NCBI GenBank assembly: GCA_964553275.1
Contig: CAZKKG010000002.1
Span: forward strand, 1 to 57,663
From: an uncultured Candidatus Saccharibacteria bacterium
GTDB lineage: Bacteria; Patescibacteriota; Minisyncoccia; Minisyncoccales; CAZBVF01
Reading direction: 5' to 3'
Length of the DNA: 57,663 nt
Part shown: positions 9,590 through 18,892 of the stretch, one piece after another
Position numbering within the stretch: position 1 is the stretch's first letter
Layout: every line of letters starts with the position of its first letter
Position numbers and translations under genes: made by a program
The notes under the pieces: model-generated
What the model saw: the letters and a program-made list of their open reading frames with translations, nothing else
Told to the model about the DNA's origin: nothing
The model's database searches: none

Positions 9590-10885
9590 ATGAAAAAATA
9601 CTTCATTAAAACATTTGGTTGTCAAGCGAATATAAATGATGGTGAGAGGATTGTAAAAAAGCTTGAGAATATTGGATATCAAGAAACCTTAAAAATGGAG
9701 GGGGCTGGTTTGATCGTATTTAATATGTGTTCGGTTAGACAGTCAGCAGTAGACAGGATTCATGGCAAGATAAAAGATTTTAGAAAAATTAGAAAAGAAA
9801 ATCAAAATACCAAAACTTTACTTACGGGATGCATTTTGAAAAAAGATCTAAAAAAGTTTGCATCACATTTCGATTATATCTTATCAATTAAGAGCCTTCC
9901 CTATTGGCAATCTTTTTTAAAAAAACAAAAACATTTTCACTATCCAGATCAAACAAAAAGAAAAGAAAATATTGGCTATTTTAAAATTAAGGCGAAAAAC
10001 TTTAACGATCTTTGCAGTCTGATACCTGTTTCTACCGGTTGTAATAACTTTTGCAGTTACTGTGTTGTCCCCTATACCCGAGGCCCTGAAATATGCCGCA
10101 GCCACAAAGAAATCTTAAAAGAAATAAAAGAATCTTTAAAGAAAGAAGTAAAAGAGGTCTGGCTTTTAGGCCAAAATGTTAACAGTTACAAATCTCCTGA
10201 AAATTTAAAAATTAATTTTCCAAAACTTTTAGAAATGGCAAATGGTATTCCCGGAGATTTTTGGATCAGATTTACCTCTCCCCATCCAAAAGATTTTTCC
10301 AATGAACTTATTGAAGTAATGAATAAATGTGAAAAAGTAACCGACTATCTTAACTTGCCGATGCAGTCTGGAGATAATAAGATTTTGAAAAAAATGAATC
10401 GCTCCTATACGGTCGAAAAATATAGAAAATTAGTTGAAAAGATTAGAAAAAAGATTCCCAATATTACTTTATCCACCGATGTAATTGTTGGTTTCTCTGG
10501 AGAAAATAATAAAAATTTTGAAAACACCGTTAAGCTTTTCAAAGAAATCAAATTTGACATGGCTTACATTTCTCAATACTCCCCAAGGCCGGGAATATCA
10601 ATAAAAATGCAAGATAATATTCCAAAAAAAGAAAAAGAGAAAAGAGAAAAAATTCTAACTAAAATTCTAAAGCAAACTGCTTTAGAGAAAAATAAAAGAC
10701 ACATTGGAAAAGAAATTAGAATGCTTCCTTCCAATTGGAAAAAAGGATATTTACTAGGAAAATCCTTTAATTATAAGACTGTAAAAATTAAAGGTTCAAA
10801 AAAACATTTAGGAAAGTTTTTAAAAGTCAAAATTATTAAAGCAGGCGAATGGGGACTTTTTGGGAAAATCCAAAATGAAAAATAA
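9590..10885 (+). CDS. miaB: tRNA methylthiotransferase (MiaB-type radical SAM)
   Basis: UPF0004 start FIKTFGCQANINDGE, radical-SAM CNNFCSYCVVP, C-terminal TRAM-like region. The adjacent miaA supports MiaB over RimO/MtaB. Confidence 0.8.
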   Translation: MKKYFIKTFGCQANINDGERIVKKLENIGYQETLKMEGAGLIVFNMCSVRQSAVDRIHGKIKDFRKIRKENQNTKTLLTGCILKKDLKKFASHFDYILSIKSLPYWQSFLKKQKHFHYPDQTKRKENIGYFKIKAKNFNDLCSLIPVSTGCNNFCSYCVVPYTRGPEICRSHKEILKEIKESLKKEVKEVWLLGQNVNSYKSPENLKINFPKLLEMANGIPGDFWIRFTSPHPKDFSNELIEVMNKCEKVTDYLNLPMQSGDNKILKKMNRSYTVEKYRKLVEKIRKKIPNITLSTDVIVGFSGENNKNFENTVKLFKEIKFDMAYISQYSPRPGISIKMQDNIPKKEKEKREKILTKILKQTALEKNKRHIGKEIRMLPSNWKKGYLLGKSFNYKTVKIKGSKKHLGKFLKVKIIKAGEWGLFGKIQNEK

Positions 10886-11774
10886 AGAAATACCAAAAAT
10901 AATTGTGATACTTGGTCCAACATCTTCTGGAAAATCAGAAATGGCTGTAAGGCTTGCCCAAAAATTCAAAGGCGAAATTATCTCTGCGGATTCAAGACAA
11001 GTATACAAAGAAATGGATTTAGGAACCGGGAAGGTAACAAAAAAAGAAATGGGAAATATTCCCCATCATCTTCTGAGCATTGCCTCTCCTAAAAGAAGAT
11101 TTACCGTAGTTCAATATAAGAATTTAGCTCTCAAATCAATAAATAAGATTCTACATAAAAACAAAGTGCCAGTTATTTGCGGCGGAACAGGCTTCTATAT
11201 CCAAGCATTAGTAGACGGATTAATCTTTCCCGAAGTAAAACCCGACTGGAAACTAAGAAGAAAATTAGAGAAAAAAACAGTAGATGAACTTCTAAAGCAA
11301 TTGAAGACACTTGATCCAGAGAGGATAAAGACAATTGAAAAGAAAAACAAAAGAAGATTAATTAGGGCAATTGAAATTGTCACTAAAGCAAAAAGCCCTA
11401 TTCCTCTCTTAAGAAAATCGCCCATCCATTGCGATGTTTTAATAATAGGAATAAAAAAAGAAAAGGAAGAAATTAAAAAACTCATTAAGAAGAGATTAAA
11501 AAGAAGATTTGATAAAGGGATGGTGGCTGAAATAAAAAAACTTCGAAAACAGGGAGTTTCATGGAAAAGATTAGAAGAATTCGGTTTAGAATACCGATGG
11601 ATTGCAAAATTTCTTCAGAAAAAGATATCTTACAATCAAATGCTTGAAAGTTTGCAGAAGGATAGCGAACATTTTTCAAACCGTCAAATGACTTGGTTTA
11701 AAAGAGATAAAAGAATAAAATGGGTTGAAAAATACAAAGAAGCAAAAAGTCTTACTCAAAAATTTCTAAAATAA
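10860..11774 (+). CDS. miaA: tRNA dimethylallyltransferase
   Basis: P-loop VILGPTSSGKS followed by ISADSRQVYKEMDLGTGK. Overlaps the miaB 3' end; an alternative ATG lies at 10875. Confidence 0.9.
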   Translation: MGKSKMKNKEIPKIIVILGPTSSGKSEMAVRLAQKFKGEIISADSRQVYKEMDLGTGKVTKKEMGNIPHHLLSIASPKRRFTVVQYKNLALKSINKILHKNKVPVICGGTGFYIQALVDGLIFPEVKPDWKLRRKLEKKTVDELLKQLKTLDPERIKTIEKKNKRRLIRAIEIVTKAKSPIPLLRKSPIHCDVLIIGIKKEKEEIKKLIKKRLKRRFDKGMVAEIKKLRKQGVSWKRLEEFGLEYRWIAKFLQKKISYNQMLESLQKDSEHFSNRQMTWFKRDKRIKWVEKYKEAKSLTQKFLK

Positions 11775-11797
11775 AAAACCTTCTTTATCAAGGTTTT
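11775..11797. terminator. Bidirectional intrinsic terminator between convergent miaA and gatB
   Basis: AAAACCTT (11775-11782), 7-nt loop, AAGGTTTT (11790-11797), with A/T runs on both sides. Confidence 0.7.
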
Positions 11798-11813
11798 TTA
11801 AATCTATCTTCCG

Positions 11814-13280
11814 TTAAAGTGTTTCTTTTAGAATCTTGCTCACTTTACCAGGATCAGCCTTACTGTTAGTATGAGCCATAACCTTACCTATTAAAAATTG
11901 CAAAGCTGTTTCTTTCCCTTTTCTATAATCTTCTGCCGGTTTCGGATTTTCTTTTAGAACATCTTTCACAATCTTCTCTAACTCCGACTCGTCGGTGATT
12001 AAAACCAATCCTTCCTTCTCTATAATGTGAGAAGGGTCTTTTCCTTTCAAGAACATTTCCTTTAAAATTGACTTTGCCATTTTACTTGAAATAGTACCTT
12101 TGTAAATCAAAGTAATAAATTCAGCAAAGTTTTCAGGAGTAATTAAGAAATCCTCACTCTCAACCGACATTCCTTTAAGAAGCCCCTGCAGGTCGGTTAA
12201 AATATAATTTGCAGCAACCCTGACCAATTTTGGATAATCTTGTTCTTCTGTTTTCTCTTCCGTTCTATAATTCTTTAGCCAATCTCTCAATTCGGAAACT
12301 ACCTTTTCAAAATATTCTCCCAAATCTTTATTCGAAACAAAGTTTTCAATTTGTTTTTCATCTATCTGGTACTCATCCTTAAACCTTATTCTCTTGTTAA
12401 AAGGAAATTCCGGAAGCTCTTTCCTGATGTCATTTACAAAATGAGAATCCAGATGCAAAGGAGGCAAGTCCGGTTCGGGAAAATATCTGTAATCGTGCGC
12501 CTCTTCTTTTGTCCTCTGGCTTACCGTCTTCAGTTCTTTTTCAGACCACCCTCGAGTTTCTTGAATCACCTTTTTCTTGGACTCTAAAATATTAATTTGC
12601 CTTTCGATTTCGTAATCGATAGCTTTTTCTACAGCTCTGAAAGAGTTCAGATTTTTGACCTCAACCTTAGTCCCTAGTGTTTTACTCTTCTCTAAAGAAA
12701 CAGAAATATTTGCTTCGACACGCATTTGTCCCTTTTCCATGTCGGCATCAGAAACCCCTAGATATCTTAAAATCAATTGAAATTCTTCAGCAAATTTTAT
12801 CGCTTCTCCAGCTCCTTTAATATCAGGTTCGGTTACCAACTCCATAAGAGGAACGCCAGCCCTATTAAAATCAACTAGTGAATTATCTTTCTCATGAATT
12901 AATCTGCCAACATCTTCTTCCAAATGAATTCTATTTATCCTTATTCTCTTGCCTTCAATCTCTAAAAACCCATTTTTACAGAGAGGAAAATCGTATTGGG
13001 ATATCTGATATCCTTTTGGCAGATCGGGATAGAAATAGTTTTTCCTGTCAAACTTTGAATGTTCTGAAATCTGACAGTTTAATGCCAGTCCCGTCTTCAC
13101 TACTTTTCTTACAGCCTCTTTATTAATAACAGGGAGAGTTCCAGGATGCCCAAGACATATTGGGCACACATTTACATTTGCAGTTTTTTCATTGGAATCA
13201 TTAAGACAAGAGCAAAACATTTTTGATTTTGTCTTAAGCTCTACGTGGATCTCTAGGCCAATTACAGAAGAATAATTCAT
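11814..13280 (-). CDS. gatB: Asp/Glu-tRNA amidotransferase subunit B
   Basis: VIGLEIHVELKTKSKMFCSC start, Zn-cysteines, C-terminal YqeY-like tail; 488 aa. Confidence 0.92.
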   Translation of the reverse strand: MNYSSVIGLEIHVELKTKSKMFCSCLNDSNEKTANVNVCPICLGHPGTLPVINKEAVRKVVKTGLALNCQISEHSKFDRKNYFYPDLPKGYQISQYDFPLCKNGFLEIEGKRIRINRIHLEEDVGRLIHEKDNSLVDFNRAGVPLMELVTEPDIKGAGEAIKFAEEFQLILRYLGVSDADMEKGQMRVEANISVSLEKSKTLGTKVEVKNLNSFRAVEKAIDYEIERQINILESKKKVIQETRGWSEKELKTVSQRTKEEAHDYRYFPEPDLPPLHLDSHFVNDIRKELPEFPFNKRIRFKDEYQIDEKQIENFVSNKDLGEYFEKVVSELRDWLKNYRTEEKTEEQDYPKLVRVAANYILTDLQGLLKGMSVESEDFLITPENFAEFITLIYKGTISSKMAKSILKEMFLKGKDPSHIIEKEGLVLITDESELEKIVKDVLKENPKPAEDYRKGKETALQFLIGKVMAHTNSKADPGKVSKILKETL

Positions 13281-13323
13281 AATTAATTGGAAAAAGATTA
13301 ATTAAGAAATAAAAACTATTTGA

Positions 13324-13977
13324 TTATTTTTCTTTCATTATCTTAACTCCGGAACTCGTTCCTATAATATCAGCCCCAGCTTTTATCATCATTTTCAAAT
13401 CTTTTAAAGTTTTAATCTTGGATGATGCTTTTATTTCAAGTCCGGGAGCCCCCTTTCTCATAAGCTTAAGATGTTTTGCCTTCTCTTTCAACTCAACATG
13501 CTCTAAGGGATCTTTGAAAGTTGCCGTCTTAACACAAAAAGATCCTGACTTCTTAACAATTTGAGAAGCTTTCTCAACCTCTTGGTCTATAAGATATCCA
13601 GAACCAATAATTACCTTTGTTGGTAAAATCTTTGCAACTTCCTTAAGGTCTTTTAAAACCTTACCAAATCTTTCATACTTTAAATCAACAATATTCATAA
13701 CAATATCCAATTCGCTAGCACCATCTTTTTTAGCCTTTTTGCATGCTTTAATTCTTTCGGCATGAGAACTCAGACCCATTGGAGGATCTATTAGTACAAC
13801 AATCTTTATGTCAGTGTCTTTTAATTCTTGATAAGCAGTTTTTACCCATTCCGGATTAATACATACTGAACGAAAATGGTATTCCTTCGCTTCGTTGCAG
13901 GTTTTTTGAATATCTTTTTTTGATGCTTTTGGATTAATGTTTGTATGGTCAATAAACTTTGAAATTTCTTTTTTCAT
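13324..13977 (-). CDS. deoC: Deoxyribose-phosphate aldolase-like (DeoC family)
   Basis: IDHTNINPKASKKDIQKTCNEAKEYHFRSVCINPEWV, a Schiff-base lysine context CVKTATF, and C-terminal GADIIGTSSG. Confidence 0.8.
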   Translation of the reverse strand: MKKEISKFIDHTNINPKASKKDIQKTCNEAKEYHFRSVCINPEWVKTAYQELKDTDIKIVVLIDPPMGLSSHAERIKACKKAKKDGASELDIVMNIVDLKYERFGKVLKDLKEVAKILPTKVIIGSGYLIDQEVEKASQIVKKSGSFCVKTATFKDPLEHVELKEKAKHLKLMRKGAPGLEIKASSKIKTLKDLKMMIKAGADIIGTSSGVKIMKEK

Positions 13978-14058
13978 AATCTCTTGATTATTATTTTTTT
14001 AATTCTTTTTGAAAAGGTTGCACATTTTTACTTTATATTATCATATTTTATGATATTT

Positions 14059-14100
14059 AAAAGCCCTGTAATAACTCATAATGAATTATACAGGGCTTTT
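14059..14100. terminator. Intrinsic terminator downstream of thyX
   Basis: 12-bp stem: AAAAGCCCTGTA (14059-14070) pairs with TACAGGGCTTTT (14089-14100), 18-nt loop. Confidence 0.65.
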
Positions 14101-14106
14101 GTAATT

Positions 14107-14784
14107 TCATGAAAAATCTTTAAACAATGACGGAGTTTTCTTCTTTACAATTTTTAACATTGCTCTATGCAGTCTTCTTATCTCCCATTCTGCCGCTTCT
14201 TGCAATCGCAGTGAAAAGAGATGTCTTAGAGCCCTAGCGTTCACGTAGAAATAACATGGAGTATTCCAGAACACCGGCATGATCTTTCTGCTATCCTGTT
14301 TTGTGGCTCCCAATTTCCTCTTTGCGTCAAAAGTTTCTATTCCTTCTCTAGCCATTCCTTCGTCTATAAACAAAAGCTCTTTTACAGTTTCTTCATTGTC
14401 AATGTAATCATATGTAGGATAAACAAAGCTATTTTCACTTGCTGAAATATATCTGGTGCTCCGAAAAGTCCATCCTACCCCAATCTTATGCCGCACCCAT
14501 TGATTCTGAAGAGATTTAGTAATCCCATTGACGTAAAAGACAAACTGAACTGCTTGAAACGGGGTCGTATGCTTCCATTTAATCAGATCTTCGTTCAATC
14601 TTTTATCATCTTTGACTGTCCCTTCACTTTCATGGCTTGCTCTTGCTGTGAAAGCCGGCAGGGTCTCTGTAGTGCATATTTTCTTATATCTTCCAACTGG
14701 TTTTGTTATAGCAATTAATTTAACTGATAACTCCGTATTCCTAAATAAATCCTTTCTTAAAGATTTCCATCTGTCATTACCCAT
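14107..14784 (-). CDS. thyX: Flavin-dependent thymidylate synthase
   Basis: ThyX signature RHxxxxxxxxSxRY present as WVRHKIGVGWTFRSTRY; 225 aa. Confidence 0.88.
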   Translation of the reverse strand: MGNDRWKSLRKDLFRNTELSVKLIAITKPVGRYKKICTTETLPAFTARASHESEGTVKDDKRLNEDLIKWKHTTPFQAVQFVFYVNGITKSLQNQWVRHKIGVGWTFRSTRYISASENSFVYPTYDYIDNEETVKELLFIDEGMAREGIETFDAKRKLGATKQDSRKIMPVFWNTPCYFYVNARALRHLFSLRLQEAAEWEIRRLHRAMLKIVKKKTPSLFKDFS

Positions 14785-15268
14785 TCTTTTTCAACTCCTT
14801 TCTTCTAGATTTAAATTTCCTTATCGTAATCCCTTGTCGCTTAAATAACTCAAAGACCTTCGGATCTCCTTCGTCTCCATATACTTTTCTGTAAATAAGC
14901 TCTGTAATTCCTAGATTTGCTAACATTTTTCCGCAATCATAACAGGGAGTATAGGTGCAATAGACCCGAGCGCCTTTTAAACAAATTCCTTCTGCTGCAG
15001 CATTAGTTATCCCGTTTGCTTCTGCATGAGCTCCTCTGCAAAGTCCCGAACCGCCAGGCAATTTTTTTCCGTCTACCATTTTTGCGCATCCAACCTCATC
15101 ACAATGAACTTCTCCCTTCGGCGGACCGTTATATCCTACTGACAATAACTTGTCTCCCTTATAAAAAACTGCCGCTACTTTAAACCAAATACAATGCGAC
15201 CTTTTTTCATACGCTTTTACTACTTCCATTGCAGTTTCATCCCAATTTGGAACCGTCATCAAATTCAC
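14777..15268 (-). CDS. dCMP deaminase (ComEB/CDA zinc deaminase family)
   Basis: Zinc motifs HAEANGI and PCYDCGK. The 8-nt overlap with the thyX start implies translational coupling. Confidence 0.85.
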   Translation of the reverse strand: MNLMTVPNWDETAMEVVKAYEKRSHCIWFKVAAVFYKGDKLLSVGYNGPPKGEVHCDEVGCAKMVDGKKLPGGSGLCRGAHAEANGITNAAAEGICLKGARVYCTYTPCYDCGKMLANLGITELIYRKVYGDEGDPKVFELFKRQGITIRKFKSRRKELKKNG

Positions 15269-15311
15269 CTCCTTTATTTATAAAATATTTATAAAAGAAC
15301 TATGCTTGTAT

Positions 15312-15734
15312 TTATGGCTTTATCTCAATGCCCATATTTTTAGCAGTACCCTCAATTATTTTCATCGCTTTTTCAATATCATCAGTATTTAAATCAGATA
15401 TCTTTTTCTGAGCAACTTCTTTAAGCTGAGCTTTAGTAATCTTAGCTACTTTATTCTTGTTCGGTTGACCAGAACCTTTCTCTATTCCAGCTGCTTTTTT
15501 CAAAAGTTCCGAAGCTGGAGGCTGTTTTAATTTAAACTCATATGTCCGATTCTTAAAAATAATAATATCTACAGGAATCTTAAAACCACCCTTATCCTTT
15601 GTAAGGTCGTTAAACTTCTGACAAAACTCGGAGATATTCAGTCCATATTGCGCTAGAGCCGGACCTACCGGAGGAGCCGGAGTAGCTTTTCCTGCAGGAA
15701 TCTGTAATTTTACAATAGCTTCTATTTTTTTCAT
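15312..15734 (-). CDS. rplK: 50S ribosomal protein L11
   Basis: [34 protein letters not shown]. The probable true start is the ATG at 15734 (MKKIEAIV), not the track start at 15761. Confidence 0.93.
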   Translation of the reverse strand: MKKIEAIVKLQIPAGKATPAPPVGPALAQYGLNISEFCQKFNDLTKDKGGFKIPVDIIIFKNRTYEFKLKQPPASELLKKAAGIEKGSGQPNKNKVAKITKAQLKEVAQKKISDLNTDDIEKAMKIIEGTAKNMGIEIKP

Positions 15735-15799
15735 AATTAATATTTGTATGCAAACTAACAATGTTTATAAGCTGCTGTGTAGTTAACACGCATAGTATA

Positions 15800-16345
15800 T
15801 TATATCTTCTTAATTTGTAAAGAATCAAGCTCGACAGCAGTATCTCTTCCAAACATATTAACCATAACCTTCACTTTTCCTCGCTCTTCGTCAATTTCAG
15901 AAACCTTTCCGTCAAAATCTTTAAAAGGCCCGTCAATTATTTTAACGGTTTCGCCCGGTTTTACATCAATCTTGTACTGAGGAGTCTCCGATCCTACTCT
16001 CTTTTTTAAAATTTCTATCTCTCCTGAAGAAACCGGAACCGGTGTAGTGCCAGCTCCCACAAAACCGGTGACATTAGGAGTATTTCTGACAACATACCAG
16101 GAATCCTCTGTAACGTTCATCTCTACTAAAACATAACCGGGATAAATCTTTTCTTCAACCACTTTTCTTTTTCCATTTTTTATCTTAATCTTTTTCTCTT
16201 TAGGCACCAAAATATTAAAAATCTTATCTTCCATACCCAAAGATTCAACTCTTTGCTTTAAAGCTTTGGCAACGGCGTCTTCGTATCCCGAATAAGTATG
16301 AAGGACATACCAATTTCTCTTTTGTGAATCTTCTTTTTCAATCAT
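15800..16345 (-). CDS. nusG: Transcription termination/antitermination factor NusG
   Basis: WYVLHTYSGYEDAV NGN domain and a C-terminal KOW (GETVKIIDGPFKDFDGKV). Confidence 0.93.
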   Translation of the reverse strand: MIEKEDSQKRNWYVLHTYSGYEDAVAKALKQRVESLGMEDKIFNILVPKEKKIKIKNGKRKVVEEKIYPGYVLVEMNVTEDSWYVVRNTPNVTGFVGAGTTPVPVSSGEIEILKKRVGSETPQYKIDVKPGETVKIIDGPFKDFDGKVSEIDEERGKVKVMVNMFGRDTAVELDSLQIKKI

Positions 16346-16356
16346 AAATGGAAAGA

Positions 16357-16557
16357 TTATAGGACAAATTTATTTAACAAAAATGTAAAAATAAGATCCA
16401 GACTCCCTAAAAAAGCGGCAACCACAACAGAAACACCAATCACTATAAGAGTATATCTTATAGTTTCCTGCCTCGTGGGCCAATTAACTTTCTTCATTTC
16501 CGTTTTAACTTCTTTCAAAAAAACAATTATTTTTGTAGAAATTTGAGAAATTTTCAT
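16357..16557 (-). CDS. secE: Preprotein translocase subunit SecE
   Basis: 66 aa with a single TM. KKVNWPTRQETIRYTLIVIGV is typical, and the gene lies upstream of nusG. Confidence 0.88.
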   Translation of the reverse strand: MKISQISTKIIVFLKEVKTEMKKVNWPTRQETIRYTLIVIGVSVVVAAFLGSLDLIFTFLLNKFVL

Positions 16558-16574
16558 AAAGTTATTTTTCTTAA

Positions 16575-16592
16575 AAAGCCCCAGAGGGCTTT
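16575..16592 (-). terminator. Hairpin plus U-run between gyrB and secE
   Basis: AAAGCCC / CAGA loop / GGGCTTT. On the minus strand it is followed by UUUUUAAG. Confidence 0.55.
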
Positions 16593-16596
16593 CTAA

Positions 16597-16625
16597 ATAA
16601 TATCAAATTTGAAATATTATGTCAA
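16597..16625 (-). promoter_or_regulatory. Promoter candidate for secE-nusG-rplK
   Basis: On the minus strand: TTGACA (16625-16620), 17-nt spacer, TATTAT (16602-16597). The predicted start falls at the 5' arm of the 16575-16592 hairpin. Confidence 0.45.
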
Positions 16626-16677
16626 ACCCTTCACAGAAAATAATTTAATAATTCTCACATTGCCAATCTTTGAATTC

Positions 16678-18720
16678 CTATATATCAAGATTCTTAACTT
16701 TTTTTGCATAGGTTTGAATAAACTTTTTTCTAGGCATTACTTCTCCTCCCATTAAGGTATCAAAAATTCGATCTGCTTGAATAGTGTTTTCGAGAGTCAC
16801 TTGCAACAATGTTCTGTTTTCAGGATTCATGGTAGTTTCCCATAATTGCGCAGGATTCATCTCACCAAGACCCTTATAGCGTTGAATGTTCATCCCTGAA
16901 ACAATCTTTTCCTCCTCTTCTCCAGTGTCAGGCAAAGATTTTTCTTTTTTACCTTTTTTACTTTTCTGCTTCTCTTTTTTCATATCACCTATAATCTCAG
17001 CTTTATCGGCATCAGTATAGGCATATTCTATTCTTTTTCCAGCCTGAATACGATACAGCGGAGGTTGGGCAATGTAAAGATAGCCCTTTTCAATTATCGG
17101 TCTAAAATAACGGTAAAAGAATGTTAAGAGCAAAGTTCTAATATGAGCTCCATCAACATCGGCATCCGTCATAATTATTATTCTATGATATCTCAACTTC
17201 TCCAAATCAAAATCGTCAGCAATAGCCGTTCCCAGGGCAATAATCAAGGACTTGATTTCATTTGAAGATAATATTCTGTCCAATCTTGCTCTCTCTACAT
17301 TTAAAATCTTGCCTCTCAAGGGCAGAATAGCCTGATAGCGACGGTTTCTTGCCTGACGACTAGAGCCTCCGGCCGATTCTCCTTCAACTATATATAATTC
17401 TGATTCCTCAGGTCTTCTGGAACTGCAATCAGCTAATTTACCGGGTAAAGAAAGTCCCTCCATAATTCCCTTTCTCAAAACAGTTTGACGAGCAGCTTTT
17501 GCAGCTCTTCTTGCTTTTTGACTAAGCATGCAGCTCTCAATAATTGCCTTAGCGTCCTGAGGACTTCTCTCCAGAAAATCAATCAAATGTTCACCGATTA
17601 CAGTTTCTACTGCATTTTTTACTTCAGGATTTCCTAGCTTAGCTTTAGTTTGGCCCTCAAATTGAGGTTCTCTTATTTTTATGGAAACTACTCCGTTGAA
17701 TCCTTCCCTAACATCTTCCCCGGTTAAATTTTCATCCGAATCTTTTAAGAAGTTATTTTTCCTTGCATAATCGTTGAAGGTTCTGGTTAAAACAGTTCTT
17801 AATCCTGTCAAATGCGTACCCCCACCTGTGGTATAAATATTGTTGGCAAAACTCTCTTCCTGATACTCCCTATCTTCTATATATTGGAAAGCAGCTTCAA
17901 CCAGAATGTCATTGTTTTCACCTGAAGCATAAAAGATGTTTTCTTGGCGAGCATTACTCCTATGGGTTAAATACTTGATGTAAGACTTCAAGCCTCCTTC
18001 GAAGTAGAAGCTGTAATTTTTAGCCTCCGGATTTCTACGATCTTCAATATTAATTCTAATTCCCTTGGTTAGGTAAGCTTGCTGGCGCAGATGATCTAAA
18101 ATCCTTTTTAATTCAAATTTAATCTCCTTAAATATTTCAGGATCAGGTTCAAAAATAATGGTTGTCCCTCTTTCTTGACATTTGCCTATTTTCTTTATCT
18201 TGGCTTTTGGCTTGCCCTTAGAATACTCCTGGTAATATCTGAAACCATCGCGGCACACTTCCGCCCTAAGATACTTTGATAAGGCGCAGACCACAGAAAC
18301 CCCAACACCGTGAAGCCCTCCGGCCACCTGATAAGCCTTGCCTCCAAATTTGGCTCCTGCATGCAAAGTAGTCATTACGGTTTCTAGTGCTGATTTTTTA
18401 GTTTGCGGATGTTTTTCAACCGGAATACCTCTCCCGTCATCAATCACTTTAACAAGATTATCAGGAAGAAAGGTAACTGTCATTTTAGTGCCATTTCCTC
18501 CCATAAATTCATCAATGCAGTTATCGCAGCATTCGTAAATTAAATGATGCAGACCATCCAATCCCGTACTCCCTATATACATTCCAGGCCTTTTTCTCAC
18601 AGGCTCCAACCCTTCCAAAACATAAATATCTTTGGCTGTATATTCCTCCTGCTTTTTATTATTCTTCTTTTTTGGAATCATTTGCTTCTTTGTTTTTTTA
18701 ATTACCTTCTTGTCTTTCAT
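16678..18720 (-). CDS. gyrB: DNA gyrase subunit B
   Basis: GLEPVRKRPGMYIGST, GHKL ATPase, Toprim (EGESAGGS) and a C-terminal tail; 680 aa. Confidence 0.93.
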   Translation of the reverse strand: MKDKKVIKKTKKQMIPKKKNNKKQEEYTAKDIYVLEGLEPVRKRPGMYIGSTGLDGLHHLIYECCDNCIDEFMGGNGTKMTVTFLPDNLVKVIDDGRGIPVEKHPQTKKSALETVMTTLHAGAKFGGKAYQVAGGLHGVGVSVVCALSKYLRAEVCRDGFRYYQEYSKGKPKAKIKKIGKCQERGTTIIFEPDPEIFKEIKFELKRILDHLRQQAYLTKGIRINIEDRRNPEAKNYSFYFEGGLKSYIKYLTHRSNARQENIFYASGENNDILVEAAFQYIEDREYQEESFANNIYTTGGGTHLTGLRTVLTRTFNDYARKNNFLKDSDENLTGEDVREGFNGVVSIKIREPQFEGQTKAKLGNPEVKNAVETVIGEHLIDFLERSPQDAKAIIESCMLSQKARRAAKAARQTVLRKGIMEGLSLPGKLADCSSRRPEESELYIVEGESAGGSSRQARNRRYQAILPLRGKILNVERARLDRILSSNEIKSLIIALGTAIADDFDLEKLRYHRIIIMTDADVDGAHIRTLLLTFFYRYFRPIIEKGYLYIAQPPLYRIQAGKRIEYAYTDADKAEIIGDMKKEKQKSKKGKKEKSLPDTGEEEEKIVSGMNIQRYKGLGEMNPAQLWETTMNPENRTLLQVTLENTIQADRIFDTLMGGEVMPRKKFIQTYAKKVKNLDI

Positions 18721-18892
18721 GCTAAAAACCTGACAATTAAGATGATTAAAGATTAATTGGATATATTTTTACTCTTCTTTAAGGTTCTTAATTCAAGAAT
18801 ATATATTTATTCCTTAACGAATCGGAACCGTTCGCTTTGCTCACTGTAATTTGCTTCGCAAATTAAGGAGGTTCTCACCGAAGGTGAGGTTC

